DNA from: Acidobacteriota bacterium
Lineage (GTDB): Bacteria > Acidobacteriota > UBA890 > WLXD01
Direction: 5' to 3'
Assembly: GCA_965248695.1 (NCBI GenBank)
Contig: CBDFKD010000002.1
Coordinates: 4,448,001-4,512,000, forward strand
DNA: 64,000 nucleotides
Part shown: piece after piece, positions 1 through 9,487 of the stretch
Layout: each line of letters opens with the position of its first letter
Position numbering within the stretch: position 1 is the first letter of the stretch
The notes under the pieces: generated by a model
Told to the model about the DNA's origin: nothing
The model's input: the letters and a program-made list of their open reading frames with translations, nothing else
Databases searched by the model: none
Made by a program: the position numbers and the translations under genes

Positions 1-389
1 CGTCGGATTTCCTCCTTGGAGATGACGGAGACGATCCCGGGGGCCTCTTCGAGTGAGTCGATGCGTCCGGCGGCCGCGATCGAGACGGTGGCCGAGAGCA
101 GGTCGCCGAGGCTCAGATCGTCGAAGTCCTCGAAATCGCCGAGTGCCTCGAGGACATCTGTCTGTTCCTGCTCCTGCGTGCTCTGGCCCGGCGGGGTGGG
201 GCCCGATCCAGCAGCGTCGCCGGGCGCCGCCCAGCTCAGGATGAGCGTCAGCAGACCGGCGTGCACGCAGGCGCGCATCAGACCGGTGCGAGCGTGGAAC
301 AAGGCATCTCCGTTGGGGTCGACGCGTCCGTTGGGATCGACGCGGGCATGTTTCTGTCTGCGAGGAGCCACTGTCAAGACTCGTGACAT
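1..389 (-). CDS. TonB-dependent receptor, N-terminal part (runs off window start; absent from ORF track)
   Basis: Manual translation from ATG at 389 is open to the window edge: hydrophobic signal-like stretch, then DFDDLSLGDLLSATVSIAAAGRIDSLEEAPGIVSVISKEEIR, typical of the start of a TBDR plug domain. The true start may be a later ATG. Confidence 0.75.
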   Translation of the reverse strand, partial: MSRVLTVAPRRQKHARVDPNGRVDPNGDALFHARTGLMRACVHAGLLTLILSWAAPGDAAGSGPTPPGQSTQEQEQTDVLEALGDFEDFDDLSLGDLLSATVSIAAAGRIDSLEEAPGIVSVISKEEIR

Positions 390-576
390 GGCGACGCCCT
401 GCCATGTAGCAGTCTATCGCGCCCGGTCGGCCGGGCATTCGTCGCGGGCAGGATTCCTGCCTTCAAGTCCGGCTGGCCCATCACCGGTGTCACCGTGTTC
501 CCGGCTGAGCTTGGATGAGGACCGGTGTCGACCTGGGCGTGGCGGCGTCCTGCCCGCATCCGATAGGGTTTGGCAG

Positions 577-1377
577 ATGACTCACGAGGATGAATATCAC
601 GACGGTCTGGTGGCCCTGCTGGAGCTGATCTGGGGCGACGGGTTCATGGCTCCCGGCGGTACCGGGAACGTGGCGAACCTCGTCGGCGAGCTCGACCTCC
701 GCGACCTACGTGTCCTCGACTATGGCTGCGGCATCGGCGGTCCGGCGATGCATCTGGCCGATGCCTACGGGGCGCGGGTCGTCGGCATCGATATCGAGCC
801 GGCGCTGCTGGAACGGGCGTGCCGCAGAGCTGCCGAGCGCGGCCTGAACGAGCAGGTCGATTTCATCCTCGTGGAGCCGGGCCCGCTGGAGTTTGCCGAC
901 GGATCGTTCGACTTCGTCATGAGCTCGGGGGCGTTCACTCAGATCGAAGACAAACGAACGCTGTTCGCCGAGTGCCTGAGGGTGCTTCGGCCGGGTGGAG
1001 TGTTTGCTTGCTACGACTGGATGAAACCAGCAGGCGAGCACAGCGAAGACATGCTGTACTGGATCAAGCTCGAGGGGCTCACGTATGCGATGCGGACGCC
1101 GGAGTACCATGCCGAGATCCTCGGAGAGGTGGGGTTCATCGATGTGTCGGTCGACGATCGCTCGGCGTGGTACCGACGCGAAGCACACATCGAGTACTCG
1201 AGGATGCGCAATGACCTGTACCCGAAGATGGTGGAGTCGCTCGGGCCCGAAGAGGCCGATCACTTTGTCGAGAACTGGCGCATGCTGACGGTGGTATGCG
1301 ACCAGGGCGAGATGCTTCAGGTGTATTGCCGGGGGACGAAGCCCGCGGCCCGCGATACCTCTGTTACAGGCCGCTAG
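577..1377 (+). CDS. SAM-dependent methyltransferase, phosphoethanolamine N-methyltransferase-like
   Basis: Class I SAM motif VLDYGCGIGG, plus GIDI and FDFV; N-terminal LELIWGDGFMAPGG. Start moved to ATG 577 (MTHEDEY). Confidence 0.8.
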   Translation: MTHEDEYHDGLVALLELIWGDGFMAPGGTGNVANLVGELDLRDLRVLDYGCGIGGPAMHLADAYGARVVGIDIEPALLERACRRAAERGLNEQVDFILVEPGPLEFADGSFDFVMSSGAFTQIEDKRTLFAECLRVLRPGGVFACYDWMKPAGEHSEDMLYWIKLEGLTYAMRTPEYHAEILGEVGFIDVSVDDRSAWYRREAHIEYSRMRNDLYPKMVESLGPEEADHFVENWRMLTVVCDQGEMLQVYCRGTKPAARDTSVTGR

Positions 1378-1386
1378 GATCCGGGG

Positions 1387-1968
1387 ATGGTAGCTGGAGG
1401 GGAGGAGTCGGAGCAGGCCCTGGATGCGGCCCCAGTCGTCACCCAGGCCGACGGCACCGAGGCCTTCGACACAGTCGCCGACGGCCACGAGTACCCGCTG
1501 GATCCCAAGTCGGTGGTCGCGGCCCAGCTCACCGCAGCTGTCTGGGTGGCGTCAATCGGCGGCATCTTGCTCATAGCAGCCTTCGTCATCGCGCTGGGAA
1601 CCTCGCTGGATGTGCCTTTGAAGCTGACGATTCTCGCCGGTTGGACATTTCTAGCCGGGCTCGCCGCGACGCTGGCGTATCGCTGGCCGCACATCCGCTA
1701 CCAGCACATCCGGTATCGGGTCGACGGTAACGGCTTCACCGTTCGCCGTGGCGTGCTATGGCGGTCGATCACGTCGGTGCCCAAGGCCCGGGTACAGCAC
1801 ACCGATGTCTCGCAGGGACCGTTGCAGCGCAACTACGGTCTCGCCAGCCTGGTCATCCATACGGCCGGTACGCAGGACTCGTCGGTAACTGTGCGAGGTC
1901 TGCCACACGCGACCGCGACGCGCATCCGCGACTACCTGATCGAAGGCGGCGATCGAATTGGCGTTTGA
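1387..1968 (+). CDS. Bacterial PH-domain membrane protein (YdbS-like)
   Basis: Two TM helices, then RRGVLWRSITSVPKARVQHTDVSQGPLQRNYGLASLVIHTAG (bPH_2 signature). Confidence 0.85.
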   Translation: MVAGGEESEQALDAAPVVTQADGTEAFDTVADGHEYPLDPKSVVAAQLTAAVWVASIGGILLIAAFVIALGTSLDVPLKLTILAGWTFLAGLAATLAYRWPHIRYQHIRYRVDGNGFTVRRGVLWRSITSVPKARVQHTDVSQGPLQRNYGLASLVIHTAGTQDSSVTVRGLPHATATRIRDYLIEGGDRIGV

Positions 1969-3550
1969 GGATCCTGCCGACGGTACGGCTCTCGGCGCCG
2001 CTGGTGGAAACGACTCGACAGCCGTTGAACGGCGTCTGCACCCGTTGTCTTGGCTGTTCGCCACGGCCAGCTTCGCCAAGGGCCTTATCGTGCCGGCGAT
2101 CCTGGTCCTGTTCGCCTCCGGAGGTCTGAACTACGAGCTCTGGGCGGCGGTGTTCATCGTCCCGATGGCGATTCGGTCGGTGGTGCACTGCATCGTGTTC
2201 CGCTACGGATTCGCGGACGACGAGATGGTGGTGCGGGAGGGCGTGCTGATCCGCAAGGAGCGCCACATCCCCTACGAGCGCATCCAGAACATCGACCTGG
2301 TGCAGAACCCGTTCCACCGAGCCTTCGATGTGGCGCTGGTGCGGGTGGAGACCGCCAGCGGCGGTAAGCCCGAGGCGGTGATCCGTGTGCTCTCCCTCGA
2401 TGCAGTCGAGGAGATGCGCGCCCGAGTGCTGACGCGATCTGACGGCGTGCAGGCGACGGCGGTGGAGCCGCAGCGCGCCCCGACGGCAGCGAGCCGGCCG
2501 ACGATCGCTGAGCGGCGCACGTTGCTCGAGACTCCCGCGGTCGAGCTGGTCAAGCTCGGCGTTATCTCCAACAAGGGCCTGGTGGTCTTGGGGGCGGCGG
2601 TCGGCCTGTTATGGCAGCAGGGCAGCTGGTGGGAACGGAACTGGGCCGATGGCGTGGAGCCGTGGATCGCGCCGGGGCGCGAATGGCTCCAGAGCGTGGC
2701 GGACAGCGCCGTGCTGGTGGTGACCATCGCCGGCCTCATCGTCTTCGTGGTGGCTGCGATTCTCTTGCGCGTGTTCTCGATCGGCTGGTTCCTGGTGCAG
2801 CTACATGGATTCACGCTGACGCGGCAGGGCGATGACATGCGGGTGGAGTACGGGATGTTGAACCGTGTGTCGCGGACCATTCCCAGACCGCGAATCCAGC
2901 TGTTGAAGACGGTGGAGTCGCCGTTGCATCGCTGGTTCGCGCGCCAGTCAGTGGAGCTGCAAACCGTCGGTGGGGGCAGGGAAGACATGGATCTGGAAAG
3001 CGGCGGTTCGCAGAGGTCAGACCGCTGGTTGGCTCCCATGATCGAGGCGTCGCGGGTGCCGGCGCTGCTGCGCGAGGTGCTACCCGACGTCGAGCTCGAG
3101 GACGTGCGGTGGAAGCCGATCTCACCTCGGGCATGGCGACGGGTGTTCAAGCGCTGGCTGGTGCTGGTGGCCACCCTGACGCTGGTCGGTGTGACGCTCG
3201 TCGATGCTTGGGCGTTGGCGCTCGGCGCATTCGCCACCCTGATCGTCTACCTGCACGCTCGCCTTTACGTGAAGCATATGGGCTACGCGCTGACCCGGTG
3301 GGGCCTCCTGCTCAGGAGCGGCTGGTGGGAACGGACAACGAAGATCGTGCGCTACAGCAAGATCCAGACGGTAGGGCAGGAGGAGTCGCCATTCGATCGT
3401 CGCAGCGGAATGGCCTCGGTCCTGGTAGACACCGCCGGGGCAGAGATGATCGGCCATACGATCGCCATTCCGTACCTCGAGGTCGCCGTGGCCGGCGATC
3501 TGAGCCGACTCCTGTACGAGGAGTCGAGCTGCCGGGCGTTCCGACTCTGA
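1958..3550 (+). CDS. Multi-PH-domain membrane protein (YdbT-like)
   Basis: RRLHPLS start, IPYERIQNIDLVQNPFHR and three bPH-like repeats; overlaps the upstream ydbS-like gene. Confidence 0.85.
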   Translation: MAFEDPADGTALGAAGGNDSTAVERRLHPLSWLFATASFAKGLIVPAILVLFASGGLNYELWAAVFIVPMAIRSVVHCIVFRYGFADDEMVVREGVLIRKERHIPYERIQNIDLVQNPFHRAFDVALVRVETASGGKPEAVIRVLSLDAVEEMRARVLTRSDGVQATAVEPQRAPTAASRPTIAERRTLLETPAVELVKLGVISNKGLVVLGAAVGLLWQQGSWWERNWADGVEPWIAPGREWLQSVADSAVLVVTIAGLIVFVVAAILLRVFSIGWFLVQLHGFTLTRQGDDMRVEYGMLNRVSRTIPRPRIQLLKTVESPLHRWFARQSVELQTVGGGREDMDLESGGSQRSDRWLAPMIEASRVPALLREVLPDVELEDVRWKPISPRAWRRVFKRWLVLVATLTLVGVTLVDAWALALGAFATLIVYLHARLYVKHMGYALTRWGLLLRSGWWERTTKIVRYSKIQTVGQEESPFDRRSGMASVLVDTAGAEMIGHTIAIPYLEVAVAGDLSRLLYEESSCRAFRL

Positions 3551-3638
3551 TCCGCCGCCTGCGCATGGCCTGCTAGGATGCAACCGGCGGCCAGAAGGGG
3601 CGTCAGGGGAACCCTTGACGCGACGACAAGGCGGACGA

Positions 3639-5780
3639 ATGAGACACGCGTTCATTGGGCTGATGGCGATTCTGACCACGGGTCTGGTCGTCGCTGGCCT
3701 GGCAGCGCAGGCCGGCGGCGAGGACGATCTGGAGTACCGCTGGGAAGGCAGCGTCAACGTCACGCAGCACGGTCCGGTGCTCGGCGGCGAAGGCCAGATC
3801 ACGACGCAATGGAATCTCACCGTGCGGTGGCGCGAGGCGGCACGCTTTGATGTCCGTGACGAGCAAGATCGTGTTGTCGGCCAGATCGTGCTGCTCGAGG
3901 ATGACGACTCGAGCTGGACGGGTAGCCGCGGTGGCAGCGTGGAGAACGTCGGCAGCTGCAACCGCTGCACGGCGACGTACACCGGATCGGGATCGGGGAC
4001 CAGCACGTTAGGCACCGGGTGGATCTACTTCAGCCTCGTCGACGCCAACCCTCTGGAGGCTGATCTGCCGAGCGGTGCCTACCACCTACAGGCTCCGCGC
4101 CAGCAGATGCTGGAGGGCGTGATGGACTACCAATCGGTCGACTGCGACGGCCGCGTCTTCGCCCACTCGTCCGAGTATCCCGGGCTGTCGTTGGCGTACA
4201 TGATTGGCCGCCACAACGTCACCACCTTCCAGGTGCCGGCGCGAGGCTACGCCACGCTCGCTGACGTGCGCTTCCTGATCGACGCGCACAAGCGCGTGGA
4301 TTTTCAGGGACGGCCGGTGCGCATTTGGGATCCCGAGCCACGTGTCGTCGAGGGCAGTGTCATGCAGGGCAGCTATCGTTCCGCCGGCGGAGACGTCGCT
4401 GAAAGCCGGCTGTACTGGGAGGCCACCTGGGACGTCCACCGCCGTCTGGTAGTCGACGCACGAATAAAGGTGGCCGACGACGACTGGCGTCCGCTTGGCG
4501 GCGACCGCGCCGAGGAAGCGATCGTCGAGGGGCGAATCGACAGCCCGCCCGGCATCGAGGGACGCTTTCGCTTCTTCCTCGAGGAGGTCAGTCGCGAGCC
4601 CGGCATCGCCATCAACAAGGAGGACCCGGAGGGCGACGGCCGGCTGGACCTCGAGTTCGTCGACGGGCAGGAAGGGTTCGACGCCCCCGAGGCTAACGGA
4701 GCCGACGGCTGGAAGCTCGAGGGGACGGCGTCGGAGTCGGAGGTCAGCGTCGAGATCCTGCCGAATGACTATGGCGCCTGGGCGAAAGTGCGCTGCGTGG
4801 TGGTGATCGAGGGCGAGGAGTACGACTGTCGATCCGAGAACGACGCGGCCTATGTGACATTGCCGGTCGACGATGACGAGAACCACGTCGCCGATGCATG
4901 GGAAGACGAGATGGAAGTAGGCGGTGCGGCGGAGGCCGATGAAGACTCGGAGCCCGAAGGTCGTGAGGCTGGCGATGGTCTGTCGATGTACGAGGAATAC
5001 CGCGGCGCGTTTTCCGAAGGCCAGTGGCTCGATTTCGATCCCAAGGAGAAGGATCTGTTCGTACACAATGCGATCGGCAGCAACGCCGGCGTGCTCGATG
5101 GCTTGACGCTGTTCGAGGAGGCATCGGGGCTCCTGGTTCACTGGATCGATGAGGACGAATACGAGGGGCCGGACACGCGCGTACTGAATTTCAAGCGCGG
5201 CTCGTACGCGGCGCGCCCCGACGGTCAGAAGGGGCTGCGTCTGATCGACGGGGCACTGGAGGGCGCCTTCGGCGAGATGTTCCCGACCGGAGCCGGCTGG
5301 ATGCCTTCACCTCCGAACCGAGTGCTCGAGGTGGTGATCGATGTTGTCAGCGCTGATGGAAACGCCGGCCTGCTGGCCTCGACGGTGGCGCACGAGCTAG
5401 GGCACGCGGTCAATCTCTGGCACCCGGGCCGGTTTGACCAGATCGATTGCTTCAACGATGGGTACTACAAAGACGTTGCTCCTCAGAGCGGAGTTGCGTC
5501 CGGTCCGATGGCCAACATCATGCGGTACTCGTACTGGAACGTCGGCTGGTATCAGGCCCGAGACGGGGTCTGCCACGGTTATCCGTCGTACGACAACGGC
5601 TTCGGCAGCACCTTTGCTGCCAGCCTCGCGGGCGACGGGCTCAACGGCGGTGCTGCTCGGACCGACGAGGACGGCGATCCGCTGCCGCTGACTGGCGACG
5701 CCGGCTGTGCTGGCACCCAGCGCTCCAACCTTAGCGTCGCCGGCGATAGTGCCGCCTTGCCCGGGTCGCTGTGCTGGTAG
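3639..5780 (+). CDS. Secreted acidic protein with C-terminal zincin-type metalloprotease motif
   Basis: Signal peptide; DDDENHVADAWE, DGLSMYEEYRG and DPKEKDLFV acidic Ca-binding-like motifs; HELGHAVNLWH followed by NIM (Met-turn-like). Confidence 0.65.
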   Translation: MRHAFIGLMAILTTGLVVAGLAAQAGGEDDLEYRWEGSVNVTQHGPVLGGEGQITTQWNLTVRWREAARFDVRDEQDRVVGQIVLLEDDDSSWTGSRGGSVENVGSCNRCTATYTGSGSGTSTLGTGWIYFSLVDANPLEADLPSGAYHLQAPRQQMLEGVMDYQSVDCDGRVFAHSSEYPGLSLAYMIGRHNVTTFQVPARGYATLADVRFLIDAHKRVDFQGRPVRIWDPEPRVVEGSVMQGSYRSAGGDVAESRLYWEATWDVHRRLVVDARIKVADDDWRPLGGDRAEEAIVEGRIDSPPGIEGRFRFFLEEVSREPGIAINKEDPEGDGRLDLEFVDGQEGFDAPEANGADGWKLEGTASESEVSVEILPNDYGAWAKVRCVVVIEGEEYDCRSENDAAYVTLPVDDDENHVADAWEDEMEVGGAAEADEDSEPEGREAGDGLSMYEEYRGAFSEGQWLDFDPKEKDLFVHNAIGSNAGVLDGLTLFEEASGLLVHWIDEDEYEGPDTRVLNFKRGSYAARPDGQKGLRLIDGALEGAFGEMFPTGAGWMPSPPNRVLEVVIDVVSADGNAGLLASTVAHELGHAVNLWHPGRFDQIDCFNDGYYKDVAPQSGVASGPMANIMRYSYWNVGWYQARDGVCHGYPSYDNGFGSTFAASLAGDGLNGGAARTDEDGDPLPLTGDAGCAGTQRSNLSVAGDSAALPGSLCW

Positions 5781-6574
5781 CCGGCGATCGATGTGTCGGA
5801 GCTGCGATCCTGGCGGTCGTCCTGGGCGTCGGCTGTGGCGGGGCCGAGGACCGCGAAGCGGACGAATCAGAGATGCAGCCGGAGCCGGCTGCTGTCGAGC
5901 TTCTGCTGGAGGTACGGTTGGCCGACGTCGATAGTGACCTGTTGCTCAACGTGAGCCTGGTCCCGCGGCGACCCCGTTCGGTGGAGCGTCGCCGTGGCGA
6001 CACGGCCGAGGCGGCGATCGTCGAGCCCCGATGGCTGGAACAGGTTCGACTCCTGGCAACGACCACATCGAGTGAGCGCGAGCTGGACGGGACCACCTCG
6101 TTGGGCGCTGCGCGGGGCGTCGACGGACCCCGAGGACGCTGGGCACAGGTCGGCCTACGCCTACCGCGCGCTAGGCTCGAGACCGGTGAATCGGTGCAGG
6201 CGACCCTACTGCTCGATGACCTCGGCGGAATCGAGGTGCGCTCGGCAGCGGTCCAGATTCCGGCCCCGGATGCTCGCCGGGCGCTTGCCATCCGCGCTGC
6301 GGTGGCCATCGCGGCGGCAGACGCCGCCGGCCTGCGAAGTGTCGCCCTGCTGCAGGAGGACGCCGACGCGGGGTCGGCCCTGGGCCCCTACTGGCGTGGC
6401 CTGGCGCTGGAGATCGAAGACGACCTGCCTGCCTCACGGGACGAGCTACGCCGAGCGCGACAGTTGTACGAAGCGCGCTTCCCGAGCAGCGACGGCGAGC
6501 AGCGTGCGCGCGGCGAGCTGCCTTCGCGCATCGTCACCGCGCTGGCGCGCGTCGAGCAGCAACTGAGGCAGTAG
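5771..6574 (+). CDS. Hypothetical lipoprotein with C-terminal TPR-like helix pair
   Basis: Lipobox-like LGVGC; overlaps the protease gene stop; YWRGLALE TPR-like segment. Confidence 0.5.
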   Translation: MLVAGDRCVGAAILAVVLGVGCGGAEDREADESEMQPEPAAVELLLEVRLADVDSDLLLNVSLVPRRPRSVERRRGDTAEAAIVEPRWLEQVRLLATTTSSERELDGTTSLGAARGVDGPRGRWAQVGLRLPRARLETGESVQATLLLDDLGGIEVRSAAVQIPAPDARRALAIRAAVAIAAADAAGLRSVALLQEDADAGSALGPYWRGLALEIEDDLPASRDELRRARQLYEARFPSSDGEQRARGELPSRIVTALARVEQQLRQ

Positions 6575-6582
6575 ACCCGTCC

Positions 6583-6861
6583 CTAGCAGGCCGTGATGAA
6601 AGTGTGGCGGGCCTGGCGACAGGGTCTTGCGAGGTGGAGGCAAGGAGAGAGGAGGAGGCGATGGTTACCCCATCGTTGACGACGAACGACGCAGTATACG
6701 CGCGCAACCCCCTGTCGCCCAAAGGATTGCGGCGATTTGGGGCCATCTGCGGCGTTGGCCCTCCTCGACGATGGCTAGTGCATCGCCTCCGTCAGGCCGC
6801 CTTGCGTCTGGCCCCAACTCGTCGCAACCAGGCCCGCCACACTTTCACCACGGCCTGCTAG
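6583..6861. mobile_element. MITE-like palindromic element, copy 1 (279 bp, CTAG-bounded)
   Basis: Terminal inverted repeats CTAGCAGGCCGTGATGAAAGTGTGGCGGGCCTGG and CCAGGCCCGCCACACTTTCACCACGGCCTGCTAG; close copy at 49368-49644. Confidence 0.85.
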
Positions 6862-8249
6862 GTGATGCCGAGGTCCTTGCCAACGGCGCTCATCGCTTCT
6901 GCGAGCGTATCGACGCAGAAGTCGATCTCGTCTCGAGTGATGATGAGGGACGGCGAGAGCACGTTCAGGTGGGCGATCGGCCGTACGATGAGTCCGGCCT
7001 TCTGGCACTTGCTCGACACTCGCTTACCGATGTCGATGTCGGCCGGGAAAGGCTCCTTCGTTGCCTTGTCTGCGACGCTCTCGATGCAGGCCATCAGTTG
7101 GTGGCCGCGAACGTCGCCCACCGTCGGCAGCTCCAGCAGCTCCCGCAAGCGCTGTTGCAGATACGGACCGGTCTCGCGCACGCCTTCCAGGATGTGCTCG
7201 TCCTCCATGATGCGGATGTTCTCCAGCGCCGCCGCGCAGCACACTGGGTGCCCCGAGTAGGTGAACCCATGAGCGAACACCCGGTCGGGATCCGGGCCGC
7301 TGATTGACTCGTGGATCTCGTCGGAGTACAGGAGCGCCCCCAGCGGCAGGTACCCGGACGTGATGCCCTTGGCGCAGGTGATCAGGTCGGGCTCGATGCC
7401 GAACACGTCTTTGGCGGAGAACCATTCGCCCAGGCGGCCGAAGCCGGTCACCACCTCGTCGCTGACGTAGAGTACGTCGTGCTCGGCGCACAGCTCACGC
7501 GTCCGGCGGTGGTAGTCGGCCGGCGGCACGATGACGCCGCCGGCGCCCATGATGGGCTCGGCGAAGAACGCCGCGACGTTCTCCGGACCCAGCTCCCGGA
7601 TCTTGTCGGAGAGCTCGTCGACCAGGTGATCGCAGAACTCGCCCGGCGCGAGATTGCCTGGCGCCCGGTAGCAATTGGGCGCCGAGACGTGATGGATGGT
7701 CTCCGTTTCGTAGTCGAATTGCGGGATGCGATCGGATTTCTTGCCGCCGATCGACATCGCCATGTAGGTGGAGCCGTGGTACGCGCCGTCGTGCGAGATG
7801 ATGTGCCGCTTCTCGGCCTTTCCCCGCGTGCGTTGGTAGAACTGAATCATCCTGTACGCGGTGTCGACCGCTTGAGATCCGCCGGTCGTGAAGAAGACGT
7901 GGTTCAGGCTTCCCGGGGCGATCTCGGCCAGCTTGGCGGCAAGCTCGGCGGCGGTGACGCTGGTCATGTCGGAGAAGGTATTGGAGTAGGCCAGCCGCTC
8001 GACCTGTTCGGCGATAGCGGCGGCCATGTCCTTGCGGCCGAGCCCGATGTTGTTGCACCACAGACCGCCGTTGGCGTCCAGATAGCGCCGTCCCTCGGTG
8101 TCGACGATGTAGCAGCCCTCACCGCTGGCGACCGCCAGCGAGCCCTCGTCGCGAAACGAGTCGAAGTGGGTCCAGGGGTGTAGTAGGTGGTCGCGATCCT
8201 TACGCCAAATGTCCTTGGCGCTGAGTACGTCCTTGTCCATTGTCGCCAT
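6858..8249 (-). CDS. Class III PLP aminotransferase (putrescine/omega-amine transaminase-like)
   Basis: YLDANGGLWC, AYHGST, AEPIMGAGG, DEVVTGFGRLG, CAKGITSGYLP, HGFTYSGHP. Confidence 0.92.
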   Translation of the reverse strand: MATMDKDVLSAKDIWRKDRDHLLHPWTHFDSFRDEGSLAVASGEGCYIVDTEGRRYLDANGGLWCNNIGLGRKDMAAAIAEQVERLAYSNTFSDMTSVTAAELAAKLAEIAPGSLNHVFFTTGGSQAVDTAYRMIQFYQRTRGKAEKRHIISHDGAYHGSTYMAMSIGGKKSDRIPQFDYETETIHHVSAPNCYRAPGNLAPGEFCDHLVDELSDKIRELGPENVAAFFAEPIMGAGGVIVPPADYHRRTRELCAEHDVLYVSDEVVTGFGRLGEWFSAKDVFGIEPDLITCAKGITSGYLPLGALLYSDEIHESISGPDPDRVFAHGFTYSGHPVCCAAALENIRIMEDEHILEGVRETGPYLQQRLRELLELPTVGDVRGHQLMACIESVADKATKEPFPADIDIGKRVSSKCQKAGLIVRPIAHLNVLSPSLIITRDEIDFCVDTLAEAMSAVGKDLGIT

Positions 8250-8252
8250 CGT

Positions 8253-9200
8253 TCACCTTCTCTCTACACCGGGAAGCACACAGAGCATCTCGAACAGGAT
8301 GTTGGCCCCGGTCAGCGCCGTCGTACCAGAAGTGTCATAGGGCGGCGAGACCTCCACCAGATCTCCGCCGATGATGTTCAGGCCGTGGCAGCCCCGGACG
8401 ATCTCCAGGCCCTGGATCGTGGTCAACCCGCCGATCTCCGGCGTCCCGGTACCGGGCGCGTACGCCGGATCGAGGCTGTCGATATCGAAGCTCAGATACA
8501 CGGGTCCGGCGCCGAGTTGTTCGCGGACCTCGTCCATCAACGGGGTCAGTGGCCGGTGCCAGCACGCCTCCGCCTCGACAACCCTGATGCCCTGTTGCCT
8601 GGACCAGTCGAAGTCATCGGGCGCGTAGCCGCTTCCGCGGACGCCGATTTGCACACTGCGGCTCGTGTCGATGAGACCTTCTTCGACCGCGCGTCGAATC
8701 GGGGTTCCGTGCGCGATGTCCTCACCGAACATCTTGTCGTTTATGTCGGTATGTGCGTCGACGTGGATCAGGCCTACCGGACCGTGCTTGGCGCGCATGG
8801 CGCGCAGAATCGGCAACACGATCGTGTGATCGCCACCCAGCGTGAGGGGTACGCAATCGTGCGCCAGGATCTCGTCGTAGGACGCCGTGATGATGTCGAC
8901 CGAGGCTCTCAGGTTGAAAGTGTTGATCGCCACGTCGCCGACGTCGGCGACGGTCAGCGAATCGAACGGCGCGGCGCGCGTGGCCATCTGGTAGGGGCGG
9001 ATCAGCGCGGACTCGAGCCGAATGTGGCGCGGCCCGTGGCGCGTACCGGCCCGGTTGGAGGCGCCGATGTCCATCGGCACGCCAACGAAGCAAGCGTCCA
9101 GGCCGGCAGCGTCCGGTCTGGCCGGCAGCCGCATCATGGTGCCGGGGCCGCCGAAGCGGGGCATCTCGTTGCCCCCGAGAGGCTGGTTGCGCTCGGGCAT
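8253..9200 (-). CDS. speB: Agmatinase / guanidino-acid ureohydrolase
   Basis: GGDHT, DAHTD, SFDIDSLDPAYAPGTGTP. The N-terminus QPLGGNEMPRFGG also resembles guanidinobutyrase, so the substrate is uncertain. Confidence 0.85.
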   Translation of the reverse strand: MPERNQPLGGNEMPRFGGPGTMMRLPARPDAAGLDACFVGVPMDIGASNRAGTRHGPRHIRLESALIRPYQMATRAAPFDSLTVADVGDVAINTFNLRASVDIITASYDEILAHDCVPLTLGGDHTIVLPILRAMRAKHGPVGLIHVDAHTDINDKMFGEDIAHGTPIRRAVEEGLIDTSRSVQIGVRGSGYAPDDFDWSRQQGIRVVEAEACWHRPLTPLMDEVREQLGAGPVYLSFDIDSLDPAYAPGTGTPEIGGLTTIQGLEIVRGCHGLNIIGGDLVEVSPPYDTSGTTALTGANILFEMLCVLPGVERR

Positions 9201-9487
9201 CGAATCGTCCTTCGAGACAGAGAGAGCGCCATGACGATACCAGCCCCGCCTCAGCGGAGTTGCTTGATCCACGGATACCGCAGGTACGCCAGCTGGAAGC
9301 CCTGGCGGCAGAGGTTGCGGTACGACGTCAGGGGCATCCGGGCGCGGTAGAGCCGATCTAGGTGATGAACTGCGGGGGTGTTTGAAGGGGGGTACAGAAT
9401 TGACCTAACGGTTCGCGCCGCCGGTTGCTAGTCTGGTGACGGATCCAACCATCGGCCGCTCCCGCTTCGGACCAGGAGGGTTCCACG

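Noticed and set aside
309-344. 18-bp tandem duplication (RVDPNG twice)
   Set aside because: It is real, but only a two-copy in-frame slippage in a leader region with no evidence of function
16-576. N-terminal extension of the 453-aa methyltransferase ORF
   Set aside because: It is the antisense shadow of the TonB-dependent receptor gene; methyltransferase-like sequence begins at ATG 577
390-576. Riboswitch upstream of the TonB-dependent receptor
   Set aside because: No cobalamin or TPP consensus recognisable by eye, only a short palindrome (GGCAGGATTCCTGCC); an Rfam scan would be needed
6604-6861. ORFs inside the palindromic elements (also 49378-49644 and 32596-32873)
   Set aside because: They lie wholly within non-coding repeats, and the differences between copies preserve base pairing, which points to structure rather than protein
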